A stretch of DNA of 64,000 bases. It comes from Gemmatimonadales bacterium (GTDB taxonomy: Bacteria > Gemmatimonadota > Gemmatimonadetes > Gemmatimonadales > GWC2-71-9). Below, one piece after another: positions 38,053 to 47,245 of the stretch. The stretch covers positions 1-64,000 of the forward strand of contig JBFJCP010000005.1 of assembly GCA_041615815.1 (NCBI GenBank), read 5' to 3'. The notes under the pieces are model-generated. The model did not search any database. It saw only the letters and a program-made list of their open reading frames with translations, and was not told the origin of the DNA. The position numbers were made by a program, and so were the translations under genes. Within the stretch, counting starts at the first letter, position 1; each line of letters begins with the position of its first letter.

Positions 38053-39288
38053 TTGAGCACGCTGCACCACGTGGCCCGGCGTCGATGCGCCGGGCTGTGT
38101 GTTTCGGTTCTGTTCCTGGTTTCGATCGTCGCGTGCGTTGACCGGGCGGCCGTCGGGCCCGGGGACCAGCGGGTTTTTGCCACGCTGGACGCCTTTGTTG
38201 GCGCCTACTGGGAACGTCCCATTCCGCTCCAGGGCACCCCACCCGACCGTTTTTCCCTCATCGAGGTTTCGTTGAGTCCCAGCGACTGTGGGCGGTGTCA
38301 CATCCCCCAGTACGAGGATTGGCAAACCACGCTCCACGCGGCTGCCTATTCGCCGGGGCTCTCGGGCCAACTCGTCGATCACGAGGCGAGGAATTATGCG
38401 TTTGTCCGGTCGTGTCTTGCGTGCCATGCACCGCTGGGCGAGCAGTCCGCCTGGGTGCCGGACGCCGGCGGGCGACTGGTGCGAAATCCGTCTTTCGATG
38501 CGGCCTTGCAGCAGAAGGGATTGGTGTGCGCCGCGTGCCACCTGCGGGGCTGGCAGAGGTACGGACCCCCGCGACGCGACGGCTCGCTGGATCCGGCACC
38601 GCCCGGAACGGCGCACGCCGGCGCCATCCGCAGCTCGTATTTCGAGGACCCTCGCTTCTGTGGCAGCTGTCACCAGTTTGCACAGCCGGCCCCGAACGGA
38701 AAATCACTCCAAAACACGCTTGTCGAGTGGCAACAGAGCCGGTACGCTCGCGAGGGCATCGTGTGCCAGACGTGCCACATGCCCGATCGGCGCCATCTTT
38801 GGCGAGGGATCCACGACTCCGCCATGGTGGATAGCGGAGTGACGATCCGCTGGATCGAGCCTACCCGGGGCGAGATCGCCCTTCGCGTGACGAATACGGC
38901 CACGGGACACCGCTTCCCCACGTATGTGACCCCCAAGGTGCAAGTCGTCGTGGAGCTCCTGGACACAGCGCGGGTGCCCCTCGCCGGTGCGGTGAGCGAA
39001 GGCGTGATCGGGCGTGCCGTGGTCTCGACGAGTAGTGGCTGGGTGGAACAATGGGATACCCGGCTACCGCCTGACAGCAGCATGGCGGTGTCGGTGCCGC
39101 GGCAGCCCGCCGCACGGTTTGCGCGCGGGCAGGTGCACGTGTTTCCCGATGGTTTTTATAACACCATGTTCGCCGGAATGCTGGCGCGTTCGCTGAGCGA
39201 TACGGCGCGGGTGTTGATCACTGAAGCCCATCGCCGAACCGTCGAGAGCTCGTACCTGTTGTTCGATTCCACGATCGCCCTGCCCTGA
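38053..39288 (+). CDS. Pentaheme c-type cytochrome lipoprotein (c554-like domain)
   Basis: Five CxxCH motifs (CGRCH, CLACH, CAACH, CGSCH, CQTCH); lipobox IVAC; TNTATGHRFPT motif; start uncertain (TTG 38053 or GTG 38071). Confidence 0.88.
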   Translation: MSTLHHVARRRCAGLCVSVLFLVSIVACVDRAAVGPGDQRVFATLDAFVGAYWERPIPLQGTPPDRFSLIEVSLSPSDCGRCHIPQYEDWQTTLHAAAYSPGLSGQLVDHEARNYAFVRSCLACHAPLGEQSAWVPDAGGRLVRNPSFDAALQQKGLVCAACHLRGWQRYGPPRRDGSLDPAPPGTAHAGAIRSSYFEDPRFCGSCHQFAQPAPNGKSLQNTLVEWQQSRYAREGIVCQTCHMPDRRHLWRGIHDSAMVDSGVTIRWIEPTRGEIALRVTNTATGHRFPTYVTPKVQVVVELLDTARVPLAGAVSEGVIGRAVVSTSSGWVEQWDTRLPPDSSMAVSVPRQPAARFARGQVHVFPDGFYNTMFAGMLARSLSDTARVLITEAHRRTVESSYLLFDSTIALP

Positions 39289-39295
39289 GACCGGG

Positions 39296-40201
39296 TCAGC
39301 TCGCGGGGACGATCATCACCCGGTTGCTGGTGAACAACGGAATCAACAGACGGTCTCGCCGCGCGTCGTATCCGATATCGGCGGGTGCCTCGACGCTGTC
39401 CACCACCGTGGTGAATTGGCCGCCGGGACCCATTCGATAGACGGCCTGTCCCTCCCAGCTGGACACCAACAGGGCGCCCTGCGACGTTCGCACCACCCCA
39501 TCCAACTGGCCCGCAGGCGGTCTTGGCAGCCCACTGGTTTGCCCGTTGGTGGGGTCGATCTGAAACACGGCCCCCGACCCGAAGGAAACGAGCACCAGGC
39601 GATCGGGTCCGGCGGCCAGCCCGTTGGGTCGGCCCAGCGGATCACCGGCCGTGATACGCGTGGGTGTGCCGTCTGGGTCGAAACGGTAGACCGCGTCTGT
39701 TCCGGACGGCGCGAATCCGTCCGGTCCAGCGCGCAGGCCGCTGTCGCTGACGTAGACCACGCCGCTCGTATCCACTGCGATATCGTTCAGGAACGACGAG
39801 CCGGGAACGTTCCAGCGACCGATTGGGGTTCCCGTGACACGGTCGAACAGCCGGACGGCGGTGATGTCGGCGACGAACAGCGTGTCGCCACTCATTCCCA
39901 TGCCCTTGGGCGCGTTGAGCGTGACTCCCGCACCGGCACCGTCGATCCATTTGAGCGTCTGGACGCTGCCATCGGGTTGGAGCCGTGAGATGAAGCCGTT
40001 GCCATCGGTGGCCAGTGGGCCGCCGTTGATATTGGAGACGAGGTAGACGTCCGCGATCGAATCGTGCAGTACCGATTCCGGTGTCTGAAAGCCGACCTCG
40101 GCCACGATGATGGGAAGCTCGCCGGACTCCTCCGCTCGGTCGGTACCGCAACCCGCGCCGACGGGGACGAGGAGCACGAAGTACAGGATGCGCATGAGCA
40201 T
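39296..40201 (-). CDS. SMP-30/gluconolactonase-like beta-propeller lipoprotein
   Basis: GAGC lipobox; FQTPESV, DGNGFISRL, LNAPKG, FLNDI, PNGL and LDG propeller motifs. Confidence 0.82.
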   Translation of the reverse strand: MLMRILYFVLLVPVGAGCGTDRAEESGELPIIVAEVGFQTPESVLHDSIADVYLVSNINGGPLATDGNGFISRLQPDGSVQTLKWIDGAGAGVTLNAPKGMGMSGDTLFVADITAVRLFDRVTGTPIGRWNVPGSSFLNDIAVDTSGVVYVSDSGLRAGPDGFAPSGTDAVYRFDPDGTPTRITAGDPLGRPNGLAAGPDRLVLVSFGSGAVFQIDPTNGQTSGLPRPPAGQLDGVVRTSQGALLVSSWEGQAVYRMGPGGQFTTVVDSVEAPADIGYDARRDRLLIPLFTSNRVMIVPAS

Positions 40202-40338
40202 GACTCCATTTACGAGATCGGGTCTGGGGCCCCAACATACGCCCTGGCGGACGGGCCGGCCACGGGATCGAGGAGGTGTGACGAATGCCACGGTGGGCCT
40301 CGGATGCCCGGGCTAGCTTGCCGGGCATCGAAGGCACA

Positions 40339-40752
40339 GTGAAGGCGTCCGCCGTCGTGGGCGGGACGGGAATGCTCCTTGTCGGACTGTCCTTGCTCTC
40401 AGCGGGCGCCTGCGGTTCCGATCGTCCGGGGTCTTCCTCGAGAGAGGTGCCTCGGGTGTTGGCCCCGACTCCCGCCGCGTTCGCGCGCGGCGAGTCACTC
40501 TACCTCGCTCACTGCGACCGGTGTCATGGTCACCGGGCCACGGGCTCGGAGATCGGACCGCCGCTGGTGCATTCGACGTACGAGCCCCGCCATCACGCGG
40601 ACGCGGCGTTTGTCTTGGCTGTGCGGAACGGTGTTCGAGCCCACCACTGGCCGTTCGGAGACATGCCGCCGGTCCCTGGGCTCAGCGAGGACGACGTCGC
40701 CTCGATCGTCGCGTATGTCCGATGGCTTCAGCGTGAGGCGGGCATCAACTGA
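40339..40752 (+). CDS. Monoheme cytochrome c (His-rich), probable lipoprotein
   Basis: CDRCH; GPPLVH...EPRHH...GVRAHHWPFGDMP; AGAC lipobox; start uncertain. Confidence 0.85.
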   Translation: MKASAVVGGTGMLLVGLSLLSAGACGSDRPGSSSREVPRVLAPTPAAFARGESLYLAHCDRCHGHRATGSEIGPPLVHSTYEPRHHADAAFVLAVRNGVRAHHWPFGDMPPVPGLSEDDVASIVAYVRWLQREAGIN

Positions 40753-40782
40753 CGCGCACCCGTTTGAGCTGAGGAGGTTCTC

Positions 40783-41175
40783 ATGCGTTCACCAACCCGT
40801 GGTCTCATTGCCCTGACGGCGCTCGTGTTCGCCGCGCCGGCGGCCCTGGTGGCACAAGACACCAAGGTTGGGGTGGAAGCAACGCTGGCACAGGATGTCG
40901 TGGACCGGATGCCTGTGGGAGCCGCCACGACGTTCGCCCCCGACGTGGGCAAGGTGTACCTCTGGACCAAGGTCCACGGGGCCGACGGCACCCAGATCTC
41001 GCACGTGTGGATCCACGGATCTCACGAGGCGGTGGTTGAGTTGCCCGTGGGCGGTTCGCCGTGGCGCACTTGGAGCAGCCGCACGATCAATCCGGAGTGG
41101 ACCGGTGAGTGGCGGGTCGAAGTGCGGAACGCCGCTGGTGATGTGCTCGAGACGATCACCTTTACGATTGGGTGA
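40783..41175 (+). CDS. DUF2914-like exported protein
   Basis: GAGGAGG RBS; signal peptide; VYLWT, ISHVW, WRTWSSR and GEWRVEV. Confidence 0.8.
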   Translation: MRSPTRGLIALTALVFAAPAALVAQDTKVGVEATLAQDVVDRMPVGAATTFAPDVGKVYLWTKVHGADGTQISHVWIHGSHEAVVELPVGGSPWRTWSSRTINPEWTGEWRVEVRNAAGDVLETITFTIG

Positions 41176-41198
41176 CGCCCTCGCTGTCCCATGCTGAC

Positions 41199-41230
41199 GC
41201 GGCCGCGGGTGCTTGCCCGCGGCCGCTTTC
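41199..41230 (+). terminator. Intrinsic terminator hairpin between convergent genes
   Basis: GCGGCCGCGGG-TGCTTG-CCCGCGGCCGC (11-bp stem) followed by TTTC. Confidence 0.65.
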
Positions 41231-41247
41231 GCTTGCGGCTTGCGCGG

Positions 41248-41973
41248 TCAGGGTGTGAAGGCGTTGACCACCGTGGCCACGCCGAGGTTGAAGAGGGTCC
41301 AGAGTCCGGCAACGACGAGCAACGGTGACGTGAGGCTTCGCGAGCCAGTTTTGACTTGGTTGCCCAAGGCCAGCAAGAACACGTTCCACGCGCCGAACAG
41401 TGTAAACCGGCTGGCCAACACGTAGCGGAACGTTTGGGGGGTGTCGTCGAAGAGGAAACTCAGCGACCAGTTGCTCGGATCGGGCACTTCGAAACCCGGC
41501 ACACCGGCTCGCATGAGTCCCACCGTGAGGAGGATGCCCGCCAACTGGGGGAGATAGCTGTGCATGACGATCGCGAACTCGTCTGCGAACCGCAGGGGCG
41601 ACGCGGCGGTGGCTCCGAAGACCCACAGGAGAATCAACGAAACGACCGTGAGACTCACGACGGCGAAGACCGTTCCCAGGCCGAAGATGAGCAACCGCGC
41701 CTTGGGGGTCGCCGCTCCCTCGACCATCGCCCGCGCATTCTCGTCGGTGAACCGCTCGGGCGAACGGGCCTGGAACGCGGCCGCTCGTTGGCGGGCCGCG
41801 TCTTCCAGTGCTGCCCGGGGAGGGCCGAACGCGCCCACCGCGGAAGCCAACACGATGAGCAAGAGCGGAACGCCCCACCGGGGGCGTCGTGCCAGGTCCT
41901 CGAACACCTGACGAGGCTCGTCGAACGTGCGGAGCGCGAGCCACCAACTGGGTCGTGACCGATCGTCGGACAT
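41248..41973 (-). CDS. Yip1-family membrane protein
   Basis: EPRQVFEDLARRPRWGVPLLL followed by about five TMs; alternative TTG start at 41988 overlapping the upstream stop. Confidence 0.75.
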   Translation of the reverse strand: MSDDRSRPSWWLALRTFDEPRQVFEDLARRPRWGVPLLLIVLASAVGAFGPPRAALEDAARQRAAAFQARSPERFTDENARAMVEGAATPKARLLIFGLGTVFAVVSLTVVSLILLWVFGATAASPLRFADEFAIVMHSYLPQLAGILLTVGLMRAGVPGFEVPDPSNWSLSFLFDDTPQTFRYVLASRFTLFGAWNVFLLALGNQVKTGSRSLTSPLLVVAGLWTLFNLGVATVVNAFTP

Positions 41974-41984
41974 GGTGACGCCGT

Positions 41985-42941
41985 TCAACAGGCCTGCTGC
42001 GGCGCGTAGGGGCCTCGGACGGCTCGACTCACCACCTGGATTTGGGTGACGGTCCAGTCTGCCTGCGTGCCCACGGGGCCGATCACCGCGTATCGTGCGT
42101 CCCCGTCCACCAGGATGCCCGTGACTCGTGGCCGCAACTCGACGATCACGTCGTAGCAACCGTTGGGTGGGCGCACCGCCGCCCGCAGCGTCTGGACCGG
42201 TCTGGCATCAAGCGATTCATAGACCGTATATCCCTCTCGGGTGATGGGCGGGCTGCCCGCTTGCACGCCGTCCTCCTCTGGATTCGCGAGCAGGGCCAGA
42301 GCGCCTTGAGCATTCTGCGGCGACATTCCGATCCGTAGTCCGGCCCAGGTGCGGTTGGGGACACGGAATGTCAGGGCGTAGACGCGTCCATTCAGGGCGT
42401 CCACGACCAGATCCGATCCGTACGAATACCGCGCCAAGCTTGGGGCGGTGGGGTGGGCTTCTGGTGGTTGGGTGCCCAACATGGCGAACACCGTGGTGAC
42501 GGGGGTGTTGGGCTCGATGGGTAGGGGACGGACCTCTCCCTGGTATGGCACCGGATGGGGTTGCGCGACGAATTGCGGACCGGACGTGAACAACACGAAG
42601 AGACCCAGGACCGCGACGAGTGCGGCGCCGACGAGAATGGTCCGGGGACGCCCCAATTGCCACAGGAACTCCATGATCCGGCTGGTCTCGACCACCGGTG
42701 TGCGCGGCTGGGCCGTGACCGGTGTTGGTCCCCCGGGCGGCGTCCGGTCCAGCACGGGAGCGCCGTCACGCTTGATCGTCCCCGCTCCGTCGCGCTCCTC
42801 ACGGCGTTTGGTCGCGCGGGCGAGCTCCCGCATGATCACGGCCTCACCGCCCCCCGCTTTCTCGCGGGCGCACGCAGGACAACCACGAGGATTCTCGTCG
42901 TTGTAGGGGATCTTGTGCGTGGGACAGCGGACCAGGGCCAT
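41985..42941 (-). CDS. Hypothetical membrane-anchored protein with N-terminal Cys/His cluster
   Basis: CPTH...CPAC, Pro-rich linker, one TM, C-terminal domain; co-oriented with dcd. Confidence 0.7.
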   Translation of the reverse strand: MALVRCPTHKIPYNDENPRGCPACAREKAGGGEAVIMRELARATKRREERDGAGTIKRDGAPVLDRTPPGGPTPVTAQPRTPVVETSRIMEFLWQLGRPRTILVGAALVAVLGLFVLFTSGPQFVAQPHPVPYQGEVRPLPIEPNTPVTTVFAMLGTQPPEAHPTAPSLARYSYGSDLVVDALNGRVYALTFRVPNRTWAGLRIGMSPQNAQGALALLANPEEDGVQAGSPPITREGYTVYESLDARPVQTLRAAVRPPNGCYDVIVELRPRVTGILVDGDARYAVIGPVGTQADWTVTQIQVVSRAVRGPYAPQQAC

Positions 42942-42949
42942 GGCGACGG

Positions 42950-43510
42950 CTAGATTCGGGGCAGGGTCACGCCTTGCTGCGCTTGATACTTCCCGCGCTT
43001 GTCGGCGTAGGACACTTCACAAACATCGTCCGCATCTGCCTCGAAGAATAACACCTGTGCGATGCCCTCGTTGGCGTAGATCTTGGCGGGCAGGGGGGTG
43101 GTGTTGGAGATCTCGAGGGTCACGTGCCCTTCCCATTCCGGCTCGAAGGGCGTCACGTTCGTGATGATCCCGCAGCGGGCGTAGGTGCTCTTCCCGACAC
43201 AAATGGTGAGCACCTGACGGGGAATCCGAAAATACTCCACCGATCGGGCCAGCGCGAAGGAATTCGGAGGGATGATACACGAGTCTCCCTGCACCTCGAC
43301 AAACGACATGGGATCGAAGGCTTTGGGATCCACCACCGGGGAGTGCGCATTGGTGAAGATCCGGAATTCTCGGGCCACACGCATGTCATATCCGTACGAC
43401 GACAGCCCGTAGCTGATGACGTCGGCACGAACCTGGGAGTCGGCGAAGGGCTCGATCATGCCGTGTTCCATCGCCATGGTGCGGATCCAGCGGTCAGATT
43501 TGATGGACAT
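42950..43510 (-). CDS. dcd: dCTP deaminase
   Basis: [34 protein letters not shown] and RGKYQ motifs. Confidence 0.97.
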   Translation of the reverse strand: MSIKSDRWIRTMAMEHGMIEPFADSQVRADVISYGLSSYGYDMRVAREFRIFTNAHSPVVDPKAFDPMSFVEVQGDSCIIPPNSFALARSVEYFRIPRQVLTICVGKSTYARCGIITNVTPFEPEWEGHVTLEISNTTPLPAKIYANEGIAQVLFFEADADDVCEVSYADKRGKYQAQQGVTLPRI

Positions 43511-43588
43511 AGGGCTCCAAACGATAACGGTCGTCTGATGGGTCGCCGAAAGATACGTAGCCTTAGCCGTTGCGCCACTTGAGTTTGC

Positions 43589-43618
43589 TTGACACCCCGT
43601 CTCACCCGTGGGTAATTT
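43589..43618 (+). promoter_or_regulatory. Sigma70-type promoter of the nuo operon
   Basis: TTGACA-N18-TAATTT. Confidence 0.65.
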
Positions 43619-43631
43619 GAGTCCGCCGAGA

Positions 43632-43649
43632 TAGTGAAATTTTTCACGA
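43632..43649 (+). promoter_or_regulatory. Rex-like operator
   Basis: TAGTGAA-ATTT-TTCACGA versus the Rex consensus TTGTGAA-N4-TTCACAA (12/14); lies between the -10 box and the nuoA RBS. Confidence 0.7.
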
Positions 43650-43661
43650 GCTGGGAGACGG

Positions 43662-44018
43662 ATGCTCCGCGAGTACATACCGCTGCTCTTGTTGATCGGA
43701 TTCGTGATTGCCAATGCGGTGGCCATGTTGGCGGTTTCGGTGCTCGTCTCCCCGCAACGGCCCACCGTCGTGAAGGCCACTCCGTACGAGTCGGGCATGC
43801 CCCCGCTCGGTGGCACACGGGAGCGCTTCAGCGTGAAATTCTATCTCGTGGCCATGTTGTTCATCGTGTTCGATATCGAGGCGGTGTTCATGATTCCGTG
43901 GGGGGTCGCGTACCGGCAGCTCGGGCTCTTCGGGCTCGTGGAAATGCTGATCTTCATCCTCATCCTGTTCGTGGGCTACATCTACGCGTGGAAGCGGGGA
44001 GCGCTGGAATGGGATTGA
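43662..44018 (+). CDS. nuoA: NADH-quinone oxidoreductase subunit A
   Basis: [20 protein letters not shown] and KRGALEW motifs. Confidence 0.97.
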   Translation: MLREYIPLLLLIGFVIANAVAMLAVSVLVSPQRPTVVKATPYESGMPPLGGTRERFSVKFYLVAMLFIVFDIEAVFMIPWGVAYRQLGLFGLVEMLIFILILFVGYIYAWKRGALEWD

Positions 44019-44650
44019 TCGCAAAGAACCCGACCACTTCGGGAGCGCCGGGTGGCGCATCCCGCAACGTGGTATCGCAGGTTTCGCCCAACTGGCTGAC
44101 GACGCGGCTCGATTTTCTGGTCAACTGGGCGCGGGCCAACAGCCTGTGGCCCATGCCGTTCGGCACGGCGTGCTGTGCCATCGAATTCATGGCGACGGCG
44201 GCCGGTCGGTTCGATCTCGCCCGATTTGGCATGGAGCGCATGAGCTTTTCCCCGCGCCAGGCGGACGTCCTCATTTGCGCGGGCCGATTGCCCTTCAAGC
44301 TCGCCCCGGTGATCCGGCGGATCTATGATCAGATGCCTCAGCCCAAATGGGTGATCTCCATGGGCGCGTGCGCGTCCTCCGGTGGGATCTTCGACAATTA
44401 CGCCATGGTGCAGGGGATCGACACCGTGGTGCCTGTGGATGTCTACGTGCCGGGGTGCCCCCCGCGCCCGGAAGGCTTGCTGTACGGCATCCTGTTGCTG
44501 CAGAAGAAGGTCAAGGGCGAAACGCTGCTCGATCCCACCATTCGGGACGAGCATCTCGTCGAGGCCGGTGGCTTGCGAATGCCAGCGCGCCTGGTGGATG
44601 AGCTGTCCGAGCCCTTCGGCAATTCCATTCACCAGACCCGCTCCGCGTAG
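44009..44650 (+). CDS. nuoB: NADH-quinone oxidoreductase subunit B
   Basis: [23 protein letters not shown] and VPGCPPRPE motifs; start re-called to ATG 44009. Confidence 0.96.
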   Translation: MGLIAKNPTTSGAPGGASRNVVSQVSPNWLTTRLDFLVNWARANSLWPMPFGTACCAIEFMATAAGRFDLARFGMERMSFSPRQADVLICAGRLPFKLAPVIRRIYDQMPQPKWVISMGACASSGGIFDNYAMVQGIDTVVPVDVYVPGCPPRPEGLLYGILLLQKKVKGETLLDPTIRDEHLVEAGGLRMPARLVDELSEPFGNSIHQTRSA

Positions 44651-44656
44651 CACTCG

Positions 44657-45307
44657 GTGAACGCATCCGTCGACGCCCTGCGGCGTCAGTTCGGCGAGGC
44701 CATCCTGCGTGCCTCCGAGTCGTGTGGGACCACCATCGTGCACGTCGCGGGAGGCCGGGCGCGCGAGATCCTGGCCTGGCTCAAAGACACCCCGCAGCAC
44801 GAGTACAACTATCTCGTGGACATCACCGCTGTGGAATATCGTGACCCCGAGCGTGACCTGGAGGTTGTGTATCTGGTGCGCTCTCTCGAGCGACAGACCG
44901 AACTGCGGATCAAGGTCGACCTTCCCAAGACGAATGCACTCGAGGTGGACTCGGTGGTGGGGTTGTGGCGAGGCGCCGATTGGATGGAGCGTGAGGTGTA
45001 CGACATGTTCGGCGTGCAGTTCCGGGGACACCCGGACCTCCGCCGCATCCTGATGTGGGAGACGTACGCCGAGGGCTATCCGCTCCGGAAGGACTTTCCG
45101 CTCCGGGGCCGGTTCTCCCGCTCGGAGCAGGTGCGGCAGGCGCTCAACGCGAATCCCGAAGCGCATTATTCCCTCGAAGAGCTGTCCATCTTCGGTGCCT
45201 ATCACGACCTGCCCATGGACATGCGGGAGCGCTTGGCGCGCGGTGGTCGGGGAGAAATCCCCGAACCTCGCGTCCCGGATGAGGTTGGACCGGACGAGCA
45301 TGAGTAA
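44657..45307 (+). CDS. nuoC: NADH-quinone oxidoreductase subunit C
   Basis: EREVYDMFG, GHPDLRRIL and YPLRKDFP motifs. Confidence 0.96.
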   Translation: MNASVDALRRQFGEAILRASESCGTTIVHVAGGRAREILAWLKDTPQHEYNYLVDITAVEYRDPERDLEVVYLVRSLERQTELRIKVDLPKTNALEVDSVVGLWRGADWMEREVYDMFGVQFRGHPDLRRILMWETYAEGYPLRKDFPLRGRFSRSEQVRQALNANPEAHYSLEELSIFGAYHDLPMDMRERLARGGRGEIPEPRVPDEVGPDEHE

Positions 45308-46583
45308 GAAGCGGACCGTCGAATTAGGCGTGGCCACCACCGGGGTGGACGCCCAGGGCCGGGCGGCACGCGTGCCCCTCGGTGTCGTCACGGAGCCACC
45401 GCCGGAGCCGGACTTCAATGCGGAACACATGTTGGTGAACCTCGGCCCGCAGCACCCCGCTACCCACGGGGTCCTACGACTGGTGGTCGAGCTCGACGGC
45501 GAGGTGGTGATCCGGGTCATCCCGCACGTCGGGTATTTGCACTCGGGGTTCGAAAAGCTGGGCGAGTACCGGCATTACAACCAGATCGTCCCGCTCACGG
45601 ATCGAACGGACTACCTGGGGCCCATGGCCAACAATGTCGGTGTGGTGCTGGCGGCGGAAGCATTGATGGGGATCGAGGTCACGGAGCGTTGCAAGGTCCT
45701 GCGGGTCATCGCGTGCGAGATGAGTCGCATCATCTCCCATCTCGTGTGGCTCGGAACGACCGCCATCGACATCGGCGCCTTCACGCCCTTCCTGTGGACG
45801 TTCTACGAACGTGAGCGGATCTACAATCTGCAGGAGATGTGGACCGGAGCCCGTCTTACGACGAGTCTCACCCGGGTAGGGGGGCTGATGGCCGATATCC
45901 CGGACGGGTTCGTGGAGGGGCTCCGAGAGGCCTGCCGGCTACTGCCCAACGTGCTGGATGAGGTGGACCGACTCCTCACACGCAACGCCATTTGGTGCTC
46001 GCGCACGCAGGGGATCGGGGTGCTGACCGGTGAGGAGGCGATCAACTATTCCCTCTCGGGTCCGATGCTTCGGGCCAGCGGCGTAGCGTACGACGTGCGA
46101 AAAGACCGTTCGTACCTGGACTACGAGACCTACGACTTCGACGTTCCGATCGGTGAGCACGGCGATGTCTACGACCGGTATCTCGTTCGACTGGAAGAGA
46201 TCAGGCAATCCGTCCGGATTCTGGAGCAGGCACTCGATCGGTTACCGGATGGTCCCATCAATGTGGACGATCCGCGCGTCATTCTTCCCCCCAAGTCGGC
46301 AGCCATGAACGACATGGAAGCGATGATCTTCCACTTCAAACAGGTCATGGAGGGCGTTCCCGCTCCAGTGGGCGAAGCCTACGTATCGATTGAGAATGGG
46401 AAGGGAGAGCAGGGGAACTACTTCGTGTCCGACGGAACGGCCAAGCCGGTTCGATGGAGGATCCGCCCGCCATCGTTCATCAACCTGGCGGTGCTCCCGA
46501 AGATGTCCGAAGGGCACCTGCTGTCGGATCTCATCGCCATCAATGCCAGTGTGGACATCGTCATGGGCGAAGTGGATCGGTAG
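45300..46583 (+). CDS. nuoD: NADH-quinone oxidoreductase subunit D
   Basis: GPQHPATHGVLRL, DRTDY and DIVMGEVDR motifs; start re-called to ATG 45300. Confidence 0.96.
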   Translation: MSKKRTVELGVATTGVDAQGRAARVPLGVVTEPPPEPDFNAEHMLVNLGPQHPATHGVLRLVVELDGEVVIRVIPHVGYLHSGFEKLGEYRHYNQIVPLTDRTDYLGPMANNVGVVLAAEALMGIEVTERCKVLRVIACEMSRIISHLVWLGTTAIDIGAFTPFLWTFYERERIYNLQEMWTGARLTTSLTRVGGLMADIPDGFVEGLREACRLLPNVLDEVDRLLTRNAIWCSRTQGIGVLTGEEAINYSLSGPMLRASGVAYDVRKDRSYLDYETYDFDVPIGEHGDVYDRYLVRLEEIRQSVRILEQALDRLPDGPINVDDPRVILPPKSAAMNDMEAMIFHFKQVMEGVPAPVGEAYVSIENGKGEQGNYFVSDGTAKPVRWRIRPPSFINLAVLPKMSEGHLLSDLIAINASVDIVMGEVDR

Positions 46584-46596
46584 CCGCGGGACGCCA

Positions 46597-47094
46597 ATGA
46601 CCGTACGCGAGACTACGTACGAGCCGGTCTTCACCGGCGACAGACGCCGCGAGCTGGAGGCGCTCCTGGGACGCTATCCCGTCAAACAAGCGGCTCTGCT
46701 GCCGGCGTTGTGGATGGTGCAGGAGGATCGGGGTTGGATCTCCGACGCGGCCATGGCGGAGGTGGCGGACGTGCTCGATCTGACCCCCGCGTACGTCAAG
46801 GGAGTCGTCACGTTTTACACGATGTACCACCAGCATCCCGTGGGTGAACACTTCGTGCAAGTGTGTACCACGACACCCTGCAACATCTGTGGTGCGGAGG
46901 ACGTGGTCCGAGCCCTGTTGGAACACACGGGTTGTGGGGAGCTCGGGGCCACGTCCCCGGACGGCAAGTTCACCGTGATCGAAGTCGAGTGCCTGGGCGC
47001 GTGCGGTTTTGCCACACCGATTTTGATCGACGACGACTTCATCGAGGACGTGACACCGCAGCAGGTGCCGGCGCTCGTGGCGAAATACCGATGA
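46597..47094 (+). CDS. nuoE: NADH-quinone oxidoreductase subunit E
   Basis: VVTFYTMY, VCTTTPC and ECLGAC [2Fe-2S] ligands. Confidence 0.95.
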   Translation: MTVRETTYEPVFTGDRRRELEALLGRYPVKQAALLPALWMVQEDRGWISDAAMAEVADVLDLTPAYVKGVVTFYTMYHQHPVGEHFVQVCTTTPCNICGAEDVVRALLEHTGCGELGATSPDGKFTVIEVECLGACGFATPILIDDDFIEDVTPQQVPALVAKYR

Positions 47095-47245
47095 GCACGA
47101 GCCGTTCGAGCCACGACGTGTCCGCCGCTCGGCCCACCCGGGCGTCTGGCGAGGTGCGGCGTGCTTCTCGCGCGGCTGCCCTCTCAACGGCGGGCGGGTG
47201 TGCAGGCGGCCGCCGTCGTCGGGGATCGGGAAGGGAGGAGTCCTA

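Noticed and set aside
37116..39288. Canonical Sox or TsdAB thiosulfate oxidation cluster
   Set aside because: No soxB, soxX, soxYZ or diheme TsdA; the single domain lacks the RxxxC Arg.
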